The notes under the pieces were generated by a model that was given only the letters and a program-made list of their open reading frames with translations, was not told the origin of the DNA and did no database searches. The translations under genes and the position numbers were made by a program. A DNA stretch of 64,000 nt from Pseudomonadota bacterium (GTDB taxonomy: Bacteria; Desulfobacterota; JAPLJL01): assembly GCA_026388655.1 (NCBI GenBank), contig JAPLJI010000067.1:1316-65315 (forward strand). Reading direction: 5' to 3'. This document shows, piece after piece, positions 1 to 8,904 of this stretch (the stretch's first letter is position 1; every line of letters starts with the position of its first letter).

Positions 1-316
1 TCACCGTGTTTTTTGCCCCCAGGCCGGCGTTGACGCTGAAAGCCGCGGCGCTCTTACCCTGGAGGAAACCTTTCGGAATTGATTTCAAGAAAAGTTCGAG
101 TGGCCGGGCGATCCCGGAACGGAGGGGGGCGGTGCTTCCCTCGTGGCAGGGACTGCCGACCAGGATCAGATCGTATCCGGCCAATTCCCCGTATTTGATC
201 TCTTTGGAATTTTTAATCTCAGGGGTGACCTTGTTCTTTTCCATCCCGGCGGCGATATCCCGGGCGGCATCCAAGGTATGGCCGGTCTTGGTGTAATAAA
301 TGATGATGGCTTTCAT
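1..316 (-). CDS. Flavodoxin-family protein (3' end runs off the window)
   Basis: Not in the ORF track. Manual translation from ATG at 316: MKAIIIYYTKTGHTLDAARDIAAG...YDLILVGSPCH, with a flavodoxin FMN loop (Y-x-x-T-G-x-T) and GSP motif; AGGAGG RBS upstream. Confidence 0.8.
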   Translation of the reverse strand, partial: MKAIIIYYTKTGHTLDAARDIAAGMEKNKVTPEIKNSKEIKYGELAGYDLILVGSPCHEGSTAPLRSGIARPLELFLKSIPKGFLQGKSAAAFSVNAGLGAKNTV

Positions 317-496
317 AATTACCTGTCCTCCTTTCAGGTTTTAAACCTTGTGGTATCGATGGAATGCCGGTTTTTAATATGACCTGTGGTTGCTTTGAAT
401 GTTATTCTATTTTATCCCTGAAAAAAATCTTCCCAGAAAGAAACATTTTATTGCGATTATTTTACATTTTGCGATTATTTTACATCGAGGCTGGGC

Positions 497-602
497 TTAT
501 AGCCCCAACCCATTAATAGCTTTCTCGAGCTGATCTCTCCCGACACCAAGATACCTGACCAGCGAATGTAGGCTGCTTAGGATCTCAGCGATCGCCAGAA
601 TC
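497..602 (-). pseudogene. Tyrosine recombinase C-terminal relic (copy 1)
   Basis: Translates ILAIAEILSSLHSLVRYLGVGRDQLEKAINGLGL*, resembling the box II/catalytic-Tyr tail; homologous to 3161-3244 and 6140-6245. Confidence 0.65.
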
Positions 603-740
603 GGACATAAGATATTCAGATCACTTTTCGTTTGATTAAAAAGGGAGGAAAAATTCAGGCGGCACCCCCCACCTTCGCCAAGGCTACGGAGGACAGGCCG
701 CCGCCACCCCCCTTCACCGGAGAATCCTGTTCCTCAAAAA

Positions 741-977
741 GGCTGATTGTCAGGGACTTTAAGCTCCAGTCTGACCGATGAGGCGAAGGCGGAAGTCCGG
801 GCAATTCTAGATGAGAAAAAAATCGAGGCCTTAGTTAGGGTAGGGGTCTTTTCAGAATTTTTCCGGGAGGTGGGTAAAAAACGGATTGGTTAAAAACTCA
901 GCCGATTAGAACCTTTCCCATTTCCGCCCCCCAGGGGGGGCTAATTGGACATTTCAAGACAAACGACTAATCCCCGC
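741..977. repeat. Relic segment repeated in split form at 3317-3347 and 4680-4939
   Basis: 900-977 is nearly identical to 4862-4939 (GGGGGGGCTAATTGGACATTTCAAGACAAACGACTAAT); 741-771 matches 3317-3347. Confidence 0.85.
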
Positions 978-983
978 AAGCTC

Positions 984-1841
984 TTATTCCGTGCCCCCCG
1001 ATTTCTGCGGGAGAAGTTTCCTGGGCCGTATCTTTTTCCAGCGCTCACCCACCGGGCAGGCCCGCATGCACTCGATGCAGTGGTCAACGTCGGTGATTGC
1101 CGTTTGCCCGAACTCAACCAGGACATCGCGCCTTTTATTGTGTTTGCCTAGCATTTTCAGATAGGCGGGCCATTCCCGGAGCCGGGCGGGCTGAAGCCGG
1201 TTAAATCCGTAGGTCCAGTAAACGAAGCAGGGATCGACCTCATACCTGCCATCCTTGAGCGCACCCGACGGGCATGCCCGCTCGCATTTATCGCAACCTT
1301 TGATGCAAAGCTCGAGATCGCGCTGGGGATCGGGGGCAAGGGGCGCTTCCGTGATGATCCCGCCCAGCCTCTGATGGGGCCCGAACTCGGGCGTAAGCAG
1401 AAGATTTGAACGACCAATCTGACCCAGGCCGCAGCTGACCGCCGCGTGTTTCAGCGATAAATGCCCGAGCACGCGGGTCTGCCGGAATTTTCGGCCCGTG
1501 TCAGGATTTATTTTATATATCTCCACCGGCTTGTCGGCTGAGACCGGCAAGCCTAAAAAACCTTGCCGTTCCAGACTCCTACTGATCTCCTCGGCAACCT
1601 GGTCGAGAATTCGTGAGGTCTGCATCTTGTTCCGGGTCCAGAGCATGATGTCTGGCGAGTACACCGCTCCCAAAGAGTGAGCCACGGCCATAATGATCAC
1701 GCTCTTGGCCGAGGGCATAAGGCTGGCCGCGGGCCGGGGGGGAGAGGCAAGGATGAGTTCGCCCGCATCCGCTATCCCCACCAGATCAACTCCCCTGGAC
1801 AGGATATATTCTTTTACTCCGATTGCAGTTATTTCCATCAT
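984..1841 (-). CDS. Epoxyqueuosine reductase (QueG)/reductive-dehalogenase-like Fe-S protein
   Basis: GVDLVGIA, lmPsAKSVI, LSLKHAAVSCGLGQIGRSNLLLTPEFGP, CxxxCxxCxxxCP and CxxCxxxCP motifs. Confidence 0.8.
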   Translation of the reverse strand: MMEITAIGVKEYILSRGVDLVGIADAGELILASPPRPAASLMPSAKSVIIMAVAHSLGAVYSPDIMLWTRNKMQTSRILDQVAEEISRSLERQGFLGLPVSADKPVEIYKINPDTGRKFRQTRVLGHLSLKHAAVSCGLGQIGRSNLLLTPEFGPHQRLGGIITEAPLAPDPQRDLELCIKGCDKCERACPSGALKDGRYEVDPCFVYWTYGFNRLQPARLREWPAYLKMLGKHNKRRDVLVEFGQTAITDVDHCIECMRACPVGERWKKIRPRKLLPQKSGGTE

Positions 1842-1954
1842 AACCGGGGTCAAATCTCTAAGTTGGTGTTTGCTTCCTATAAAATGACTAATCCTCGCCT
1901 AAAACGGAACTTAAGGAACTACGTGGCCCCCAATTATAAGGGGCCAAGCTATAG

Positions 1955-2998
1955 CTATGCTTCTTCGTACAATCCCCTTGTTTTCGGATTCATGGCGGCA
2001 AGTCTCTTTTTCGCTTCCCCGGGATCGACGAATTCGAGCGACCCATCGGGATTCTGCACCACCACTCCGCCTTTTCTGATCAGGTCAGCGCGCCTCAATC
2101 GTTCTTCTTTGTCGGCTACACAGATAAGCTGGCACTGGCCGCAGGTCAGAAATACTCGGTACCCGGGGAAGAGAAAATGATGAAAACCGCCGCCGGCTTG
2201 GGGCCGCTTGAGTACCTTGGGGACCGCCTGGGCGAGAGCCGGCATAAACTCTTCATCCTTTTGCGGGATGGGCAGCCTGCCCGGACACCAAGTGGACCAC
2301 TTACCTGACTTTGAGAGGCCAGTAAAGCCGCCGCAAACATAGTCGCACCTCATGTGAGAGTTTCGTTTGGAATAGGTAAAGTCAATCCCGCCAAGTGTAA
2401 CGGTAGTTTTTTCGGATTTATCCATCATCCCCGAAGCACACATGGACAAGCACAAACGGCATTTGTCGCAATAGTTGTCCTCGGAGGGCAGCGGGTCCGT
2501 CGGCTCCAGTTCGGCTTCGGTAATCACGGAACCCAGAATGATTCCCGCGCCTTCCTTTTTCCTGATCACATTACCCGAGAGTCCAAAATGACCAACCCCG
2601 GAACGAACTGCCAAGTAGCGATGAGAGATCGGTGGTAACTCATCATAGGCGCCATGTTCTGTGTCCGTCCGATACTCGGCATTCACAGCCAGGGGAATCG
2701 ATTTATGTCCAATCCGGGTTAAAAAATTGGAAACCTCGAAGGCGATACCGCTGACCAGGATATTGGTGCGGACGTTGTCCCGGTCGTGCGCAAGCCGGTT
2801 CTCCCGCTTGAGGAAGGATAAGATCTTATCCTGGTCGAGCGGAAGCGCAAAGGAAATGGCTGACCTGGCGGTCGGCATCACGTATGTCAGGTCGGTTGAG
2901 GGAGGACCTCCAGCCAGCGTCTCGGTAGTCGAGAACCCGACGGCTATTGACCCGAGGTTTTCCAGGGCCTCCCTAATCAGTTCGTTTAAATTTTGCAT
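1955..2998 (-). CDS. QueG/reductive-dehalogenase-like Fe-S protein (second, divergent)
   Basis: vmPTARSAIS, ISHRYLAVRSGVGHFGLSGN, LGSVITEAEL, CDKCRLCLSMC, CGQCQLIC. Confidence 0.8.
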   Translation of the reverse strand: MQNLNELIREALENLGSIAVGFSTTETLAGGPPSTDLTYVMPTARSAISFALPLDQDKILSFLKRENRLAHDRDNVRTNILVSGIAFEVSNFLTRIGHKSIPLAVNAEYRTDTEHGAYDELPPISHRYLAVRSGVGHFGLSGNVIRKKEGAGIILGSVITEAELEPTDPLPSEDNYCDKCRLCLSMCASGMMDKSEKTTVTLGGIDFTYSKRNSHMRCDYVCGGFTGLSKSGKWSTWCPGRLPIPQKDEEFMPALAQAVPKVLKRPQAGGGFHHFLFPGYRVFLTCGQCQLICVADKEERLRRADLIRKGGVVVQNPDGSLEFVDPGEAKKRLAAMNPKTRGLYEEA

Positions 2999-3150
2999 TA
3001 TAATCTCCTTAAATTGATACTATGCGGCAGCCCGCGCTCTTGAGGGAATCAATTGTTTCTAATTCGCCCGATTATATCAAATAATTATTTCAAAAGGGAA
3101 TTGTAAATGATTATTCCAGTCCGATTAAAATTAAACTTTTGTCTAGATAA

Positions 3151-3178
3151 AAAAACGGGCTCAAAACTTGAGCCCGTT
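3151..3178 (-). terminator. Intrinsic terminator-like hairpin
   Basis: Minus strand AACGGGCTCAAGTTTTGAGCCCGTT followed by a T run; overlaps the stop codon of integrase relic 2. Confidence 0.6.
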
Positions 3179-3244
3179 CACCGCTTTATCAATCTGGTCC
3201 TGTCCCGTTCCTAAATACCTGACCAGTGAGTGCAGGTTCGAGTG
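3161..3244 (-). pseudogene. Tyrosine recombinase C-terminal relic (copy 2)
   Basis: Translates HSNLHSLVRYLGTGQDQIDKAVNGLKF*, with the canonical H-x8-Y spacing of integrase box II. Confidence 0.7.
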
Positions 3245-3359
3245 ATATTGTTTGATTGGGTTTAAATTAGGGAAGGAAAAAGGCTTCGCTCAGTATCAGC
3301 CCTGAGCTTGTCGAAGGGCTGATAATCCGGGACTTCAAGCTCCAATCCGCGCGCAGCCC

Positions 3360-4502
3360 TCATGCCGACAGCCCGCGGTCTCCTTCCGGCAAGCGCATCC
3401 ACCCGGGCACCGCCGGGTTGAGCAGCCACAGGAACCGCTGGTCCACGTGGGGCATGAGCCCCAGCACCGCCGGGATCAACTTCCGGGGACCCCAGGGATG
3501 CGTGGCCCACAGCAGCCGCCGCGTCAGGTAGCCGAGCTTCCACCACCGGTTCATGCGGCGGAATTCCCTGGCCGCCTTCTCCCGGTCATGGATGGCCATG
3601 GCTGCGATCCGACCGGAGACGAGGGCGCCATGCACGCCCAGGACCATGGAGGGGTCCTGCATGCCGGAGAGGGTTCCCGCCAGGATGAGATTGCCGCGAT
3701 AAAGCCGGGGGTTGGAAAAGGAGCCGGTGGGGGTGCCGACCAGGTTCTCGATCGTGTGCCAGCGGGGAAACGCCAGGCCCTCATCCTCCTGGAGCTGTTT
3801 CGGAAACCACTCCATGGCTGCGGCCGAGAGAGGCTTGCCCCGCTGAAACAGTACGGCGGCTCCGGTGCCGTTGACCGCGGCATAGTAGGCATAGTCGCGC
3901 GTGTGTTCGTGGTAATAGGCTACGCAAAACGGGCTGCGGCCCTCGGGGGCCGGGCCCCCGGCGAAAAGTCCATAGGCCCGGGTATAGGGGATGTCGAGGG
4001 CGTCGAAGGCTTCCCGGAACATGCCCGTGGCCACGATGGAGCCGGGCGGAAGATCGCTGAAGTCCTTGCGCGTGCGTACCGGCGTGCTGAAGGAAAAGCG
4101 CACCCCGCAATCCGTCGCCAGACGAAAAAGGAACGTATCGATTGACGACGGGCGAGTCCCGCGTTCGACCATCTTCATGTGGACATTGGCGGGAAGCGGG
4201 AGTTCGATGATCTTGCCGAAGGCCCGAATGCGCAGGTACGGCAAGGGATTGTAAAAAGGCACCGCCTGGGAGCTCTCCGGAGGGGAGAGGGGAAACCCCA
4301 GATACCGGTTCATGGCGTCAAGGTCCAGCGGGGTCATGTCTGCGAAGCAGAGCTCGCCCCCGCTGACGGCGGAAGCGTGGAGTGAGGCGCCGCCAATGAT
4401 GTCCTTCTGCTCCAGGACGGTGACGGCATACCCCTCGCGGGCCAGAATGATGGCCGCGGTCAGGCCCGAAAGACCGGCGCCCACGATGGTTGCCTGTTTC
4501 AT
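3360..4502 (-). CDS. NAD(P)/FAD-dependent oxidoreductase
   Basis: N-terminal IVGAGLSGLTAA...VLEQ..IGG Rossmann motif; C-terminal ILAGTLSG..GVHGALVSG. Confidence 0.85.
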   Translation of the reverse strand: MKQATIVGAGLSGLTAAIILAREGYAVTVLEQKDIIGGASLHASAVSGGELCFADMTPLDLDAMNRYLGFPLSPPESSQAVPFYNPLPYLRIRAFGKIIELPLPANVHMKMVERGTRPSSIDTFLFRLATDCGVRFSFSTPVRTRKDFSDLPPGSIVATGMFREAFDALDIPYTRAYGLFAGGPAPEGRSPFCVAYYHEHTRDYAYYAAVNGTGAAVLFQRGKPLSAAAMEWFPKQLQEDEGLAFPRWHTIENLVGTPTGSFSNPRLYRGNLILAGTLSGMQDPSMVLGVHGALVSGRIAAMAIHDREKAAREFRRMNRWWKLGYLTRRLLWATHPWGPRKLIPAVLGLMPHVDQRFLWLLNPAVPGWMRLPEGDRGLSA

Positions 4503-4679
4503 GACATCCTCCTGGTCGGGATAGGAAGTTGCTTCAAGGATAAGAAGTTACTTTGGCTGCCGTTACGTATAGCAAGGCCGGCATTGGGTGTCAACGTATT
4601 TCTGGCCGCCATTTTTTACTGGGGAAAGATCGGATTTACCAAGTTCGGTTTTATCTGGTGCAATCAGCTATACGCTCTC

Positions 4680-4939
4680 AAAGGCAAAGGCGAAAGGCCG
4701 ATCCATTTTGGCTGGGATTGAAAAGAAATCAAGGCCCTGAGCAGGGGCCTTTTTTTCCCTCGGCATCACGGGCGCAGCGAAATCCCACCCTGTCACTGGA
4801 TAGAGGGAATTGGTCAAAAGAGCTCTTTTGTCCAATAAAAAAAACGGCCGGGGATAACCTCCAGCCGATTAAAACCTTTCCCATCTTCGCTCTTAGGGGG
4901 GGCTAATTGGACATTTCAAGACAAACGACTAATTCCCGC
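4680..4939. repeat. Second copy of the relic segment at 780-977
   Basis: Near-identical 78 bp at 4862-4939; weaker similarity of 4680-4757 to 780-853. Confidence 0.8.
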
Positions 4940-5182
4940 TCTGGTAAAACTATCGAGGTTCCTGTTTTTAATTTCGTGGAAAGGGCCTGGTTCTTGATTA
5001 CGGCTCGGTGTTTGATAAGCATCATGAAAAAACAAGAAATTCAGTCCAAAGACAATCTGGAATTTGCTAAAATCTCAGGAATAGAACACCAAACGTCAAA
5101 GTAAAGACCTAGCCCCAGAAGTTTCACGATCACCGGTAGGGGAGTTCCCTTTTGGAATTCCTCGATGGGAAATCTTGGAATA

Positions 5183-5830
5183 TTAGAGCACAAACCGGAG
5201 GAAGAACTCTTTTGTTTCAGCCCATTCCGTTTCCCCGAGACGACGGGGCGCGCCGTTTTTCACCAGAGTAACGATTCCCTTACTTCTCTCGGCCTCGTCA
5301 AAAAAAACCAGCCCTTTCCGGATATGATAACCGTAATCCTCGGCCACCCCGAATTTGGTGAGAGTCCGGCTGATTAGCTCTTTCAGGTTAAGCCCCAGGG
5401 AGGTCACGATCATCCTAAGATCCACGAAGTCCTTGGCTGTCCCGCGCTGAACAATCGCGACGGTTTTCATCGCGGCGATATCTGAAGGGGAAGCCAGGGA
5501 TAGCCCGAGATTTTTGTCATCCCGAAGCGGCTCCAGGAGAGGGTAAGGGTACTTGAAGAGACTAAAACGCACTCCTTCCACCCGGGCCACCAAGGTATCC
5601 CTTTCGGATACCTGTTCGGAAACGAACGTGCACTCTTTCTTTATCGCTTCCCGGATCGGTTCGGTGAAAAATCCCTCCGGGGTAAAAAGGTCAATGTCCG
5701 TAGAAAGCCGGTGGCCGTAATACAAGGTTGCGGCGGTACCGCCGGCGAGATAGGTTCCGGAAGGCAGGGGAAAAGAAGCGGACCTCTTCAGGAGGGAGGC
5801 CACAGCCGGGGGAACGATCTCGTAAAACAT
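5183..5830 (-). CDS. Nucleotidyltransferase AbiEii/AbiGii-family toxin (type IV TA)
   Basis: YLAGGTA..YYGHRLSTDIDLF, DIAAMK, RGTAKDFVDL. Confidence 0.9.
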   Translation of the reverse strand: MFYEIVPPAVASLLKRSASFPLPSGTYLAGGTAATLYYGHRLSTDIDLFTPEGFFTEPIREAIKKECTFVSEQVSERDTLVARVEGVRFSLFKYPYPLLEPLRDDKNLGLSLASPSDIAAMKTVAIVQRGTAKDFVDLRMIVTSLGLNLKELISRTLTKFGVAEDYGYHIRKGLVFFDEAERSKGIVTLVKNGAPRRLGETEWAETKEFFLRFVL

Positions 5831-6087
5831 TGGGTTTCTTCCCTCTCCAGGCCGAGTCGCAGGCACCAATAATTAACGGTCCGGGGCGAAAGATATAAGC
5901 TTTGCTTTAAAACCTCGGTAATTTTATCCCGTTCATAGGTTTTGGAAAGAAGACCGATCTGCCGGTCTCCCCCATGCTCGAGAAGGCGCTCGACGATGAC
6001 GAACCAATCCTCCTTTAGATCGAGCGCTTTCAAATCCGCGTCCCAAAGGCAAGGTTTCAGGATTTCCTCGATTTCCGCCGGTACCAT
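5788..6087 (-). CDS. DUF6922-like cognate antitoxin
   Basis: LWD.D...LD......IVERLLEHGG motif; overlaps the start of the toxin. Confidence 0.75.
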   Translation of the reverse strand: MVPAEIEEILKPCLWDADLKALDLKEDWFVIVERLLEHGGDRQIGLLSKTYERDKITEVLKQSLYLSPRTVNYWCLRLGLEREETQCFTRSFPRLWPPS

Positions 6088-6139
6088 GAAGTTATTTTAA
6101 CACAAATACCGACGAAAAAATAGCGAAAATGACCATGCT

Positions 6140-6245
6140 ATTAGTACCATATTCCGCTTTTCCCACCTGGTCCTGGCCCGTTCCTAAATGTCTGACCAGC
6201 GAGTACAGGGGTCAATAAAACCGGTCCGGCCCGATCGCCAAAATC
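6140..6245 (-). pseudogene. Tyrosine recombinase C-terminal relic (copy 3)
   Basis: ILAIGPDRFY*PLYSLVRHLGTGQDQVGKAE; colinear with copies 1 and 2; internal stop and Tyr to His change. Confidence 0.6.
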
Positions 6246-6360
6246 CAAATCTCAAAAATTCAAATCAAATTATTTTATTAATAGATAAGGCGAGATTCTT
6301 CGCTTCCCTTGGCTACGCTCGGGATAAACCGCTCAGAATGACAAATTTAAGTAGGAATAA

Positions 6361-6435
6361 TGGAGGCGGCACCCGGATTCGAACCGGGGAATGAAGGTTT
6401 TGCAGACCTTTGCCTTACCACTTGGCGATGCCGCC
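6361..6435 (-). tRNA. tRNA-Cys(GCA)
   Basis: GGCGGCATCGCCAAGTGGTAAGGCAAAGGTCTGCAAAACCTT...GGTTCGAATCCGGGTGCCGCCTCCA. Confidence 0.97.
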
Positions 6436-6439
6436 GTAA

Positions 6440-6514
6440 TGGAGCGGGCAATGGGAATTGAACCCACGACCTCAACCTTGGCAAGGTTGCACTCTACCGC
6501 TGAGTTACGCCCGC
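6440..6514 (-). tRNA. tRNA-Gly(GCC)
   Basis: GCGGGCGTAACTCAGCGGTAGAGTGCAACCTTGCCAAGGTTG...GGTTCAATTCCCATTGCCCGCTCCA. Confidence 0.97.
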
Positions 6515-6775
6515 ATTTGGCTTGCTCTTAGAAGATAGAAAAAATCCTCCGAACTGTCAATCGAGAGAACCCCGGACATAAGATTTGGCAGGCGCGCCCT
6601 TCCGGGTGCGGGTATTTTTTTAATGATCTTCCCCCTCAACCCTTCCTTCTCCCCGGTGGGGAGAAGGTGAGGATGAGGGGGAATTTTTTCGCAGGCTAAA
6701 GCCTGCGGCTACCTAATCCATAAAATATATTTTCTCAACATCGTCAATCTCGACCGGTTCCGGCAGGTGCCTTTC

Positions 6776-6838
6776 TTGACAGGTAAACTCGGGGACATTA
6801 TTTTTTCCAATGGCACAATTTATCTAGAAGGTGCCATT
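6776..6838 (+). promoter_or_regulatory. Sigma70-like promoter and candidate metalloregulator operator of the Ni/Co transporter operon
   Basis: TTGACA (6776)-17 nt-TATTTT; perfect inverted repeat AATGGCAC-N14-GTGCCATT (6809-6838). Confidence 0.45.
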
Positions 6839-7051
6839 AGGTGTTATGAAATTGCCTTGGGAGGCACCCTGAGTTTTTAATGATGAAGTTACGAAGGCCC
6901 AATCCCTCCGCGGTCGGGATAAATCCCTCTGGAGTCGGGACAAGTAAATTGGGCAATTGGTATAAACGCTCAATGAATTGAGCAACTACGAAATCAATTT
7001 GGTTTATGTAGTTTGCCGATTTATCGGCCTTTTTTAAAAAAGAGGAGCTGC

Positions 7052-7732
7052 ATGCACATTCCAGATGGTTACTTGGGACCGGCGACCAGCGGGGTTTTCT
7101 ACGCGGTGATGCTGCCCTTCTGGGTAGCCGCGTCGAGAATCGTTAAGAAGACCCTGCAGGCCAAGCAGGTTCCCCTGATGGCGATCGGGGCGGCTTTCAG
7201 TTTCGTGATTATGATGTTTAACATGCCCATCCCGGGCGGCTCCACCGGCCACGCGGTCGGAGGCGTACTGGTGGCGATCCTGCTCGGCCCCTGGGCGGCC
7301 GTGATCGCCATTTCCGTGGCGCTGGTGGTGCAGGCACTGCTGTTTGGTGACGGGGGCATCACCGCCATCGGGGCCAACTGCTTCAACATGGCTGTGGTTA
7401 TTCCATTCGTCGGATATTATGTCTATGTCCTGATCAGCGGCGGCGCCCCGAAGGATTCCAACCGCAGAGTGATCGCCGCCGGTGTGGCCGGATATATCGG
7501 GATCAACGCGGCCGCGTTCCTGGCCGGCGTGGAATTCGGCTTACAGCCGTACCTTCACCACACCGCGCAAGGCCAAGCGCTCTATTGCCCCTACGGGCTC
7601 AAGGTCGCCATACCCATCATGACGGGGGAACACCTCCTGATTTTCGGTTGGGTGGAAGCAATCGTGACGGCGGGGGTAGTGAAATACCTGCAAAAACAGG
7701 CGCCGGAACTGCTGGGAAAGGAGACGCGTTAA
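7052..7732 (+). CDS. cbiM: ECF metal transporter S component CbiM/NikM
   Basis: N-terminal MHIPDGYL (NikM-type), GGSTGHAVGG, QALLFGDGGITAIGAN. Confidence 0.95.
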   Translation: MHIPDGYLGPATSGVFYAVMLPFWVAASRIVKKTLQAKQVPLMAIGAAFSFVIMMFNMPIPGGSTGHAVGGVLVAILLGPWAAVIAISVALVVQALLFGDGGITAIGANCFNMAVVIPFVGYYVYVLISGGAPKDSNRRVIAAGVAGYIGINAAAFLAGVEFGLQPYLHHTAQGQALYCPYGLKVAIPIMTGEHLLIFGWVEAIVTAGVVKYLQKQAPELLGKETR

Positions 7733-8067
7733 TGAAAATCACGACGCGGCTTTGGATTCTGCTGGGAATTCTCGTTCTGCTCTCGCCGTTGGGGTTGATT
7801 CTGCCCGAGCACTTCAAGGCCGGCAGCGCCTGGGGTGAATGGGGTTCGGATGAAATAAAAGAATTGGTGGGCTACGTTCCCACGGGACTAAAAAAACTTA
7901 GCGGTCTCTGGAACGCCCCGATCCCGGACTATGCCTTCCAGGGCTGGGGTGGAAAAGGGTTGTCGCACCTGAGCTTCGCCTACATATTCTCCGGCATCCT
8001 GGGCGCGGCGCTGATCGCGCTGGTGGTCTGGCTGATGGGTAAAATCTTCATCAAACCCGGCAAATGA
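7732..8067 (+). CDS. NikN/CbiN-like PDGLE-family membrane subunit
   Basis: LSPLGL..AWGEWG..APIPDY, two TM helices; start overlaps the cbiM stop. Confidence 0.85.
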   Translation: MKITTRLWILLGILVLLSPLGLILPEHFKAGSAWGEWGSDEIKELVGYVPTGLKKLSGLWNAPIPDYAFQGWGGKGLSHLSFAYIFSGILGAALIALVVWLMGKIFIKPGK

Positions 8068-8073
8068 GATCTT

Positions 8074-8904
8074 ATGCCTAAACAGGATTTTGTCGGGCGC
8101 TCCATCCGGGGCGCACTGTCTTTCTTCAAGGAATCCATCTTCGCGGATGAAATCGCCTCCCGGCCCGGGCTCCTGCAGTCGCTTGATCCCCGGATCAAAG
8201 CCGTGACGGTCTTGCTCTTTATTCTCCTGGTGATGTTCACCCGGAGCATCGCGGTCCTGGGCCTTCTTTATCTCCTGTGCCTCGCCCTGGCAATTCTTTC
8301 CAGGATCGGCTTGGGATTTTTTTTGAAGAGAACCTGGATCTTCATCCCTTTTTTTTCGCTGCTGATCGCCATCCCGGCGCTTTTCAGTTTTGTTTCGCCG
8401 GGCGAGCCGGTCATATCCGCGGGGCCGTTGATAATCACCCGGCCTGGACTCATGGCGGCCGGCATATTTCTAGGCCGCGTGGTCGCTTCGGTATCTTTGA
8501 CGGTGCTTTTAAGCATGACCACCCGGCATTTTGAGCTCTTGAAAGCCCTGCGTTTTTTTGGCGTTCCCCAGATGTTCGTGATGGTCCTGGGGATCACTTA
8601 CCGGTATATCTATCTTTTCGTGGAGATCGTGGAAAACACCTTCCGCGCGATCCGGAGCCGGGTTGGCTCCGGGATTCATTATCGGAAAGGACAGAAGGTT
8701 GTGGCCTGGAATATCGCCCATCTCTGGATCCGTTCCTACCTGCTCAACGAACAGGTTTATCAGGCCATGGTTTCCCGCGGTTTCCGGGGCGAACCGCTGA
8801 CGCTTAACCATTTTCAAACCAAGCCCAGAGACTGGCTCTGGCTGTTCGGGACGACCATGGCAATTCTCCTGCTGGCGTATGCGGAATACCGGACCAGGGC
8901 ATGA
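8074..8904 (+). CDS. cbiQ: ECF transporter T component CbiQ/NikQ
   Basis: LDPRIK, YRYI, AIRSR and AMVSRGF motifs. Confidence 0.92.
   Translation: MPKQDFVGRSIRGALSFFKESIFADEIASRPGLLQSLDPRIKAVTVLLFILLVMFTRSIAVLGLLYLLCLALAILSRIGLGFFLKRTWIFIPFFSLLIAIPALFSFVSPGEPVISAGPLIITRPGLMAAGIFLGRVVASVSLTVLLSMTTRHFELLKALRFFGVPQMFVMVLGITYRYIYLFVEIVENTFRAIRSRVGSGIHYRKGQKVVAWNIAHLWIRSYLLNEQVYQAMVSRGFRGEPLTLNHFQTKPRDWLWLFGTTMAILLLAYAEYRTRA

Noticed and set aside
602-613. CGGACATAAGAT (also 6573-6584) as a dif/Xer site
   Set aside because: Only a half-site-like match; no TTATGT partner arm at the 6-bp spacing.
4760-4810. Minus-strand peptide DRVGFRCARD resembling an FGE-sulfatase/DGR variable-region end
   Set aside because: No RT, no TR/VR pair and no upstream domain; it lies in relic DNA, so probably chance.
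6780-7050. Cobalamin riboswitch upstream of cbiM
   Set aside because: No recognisable conserved core; the structured part is a REP fragment.
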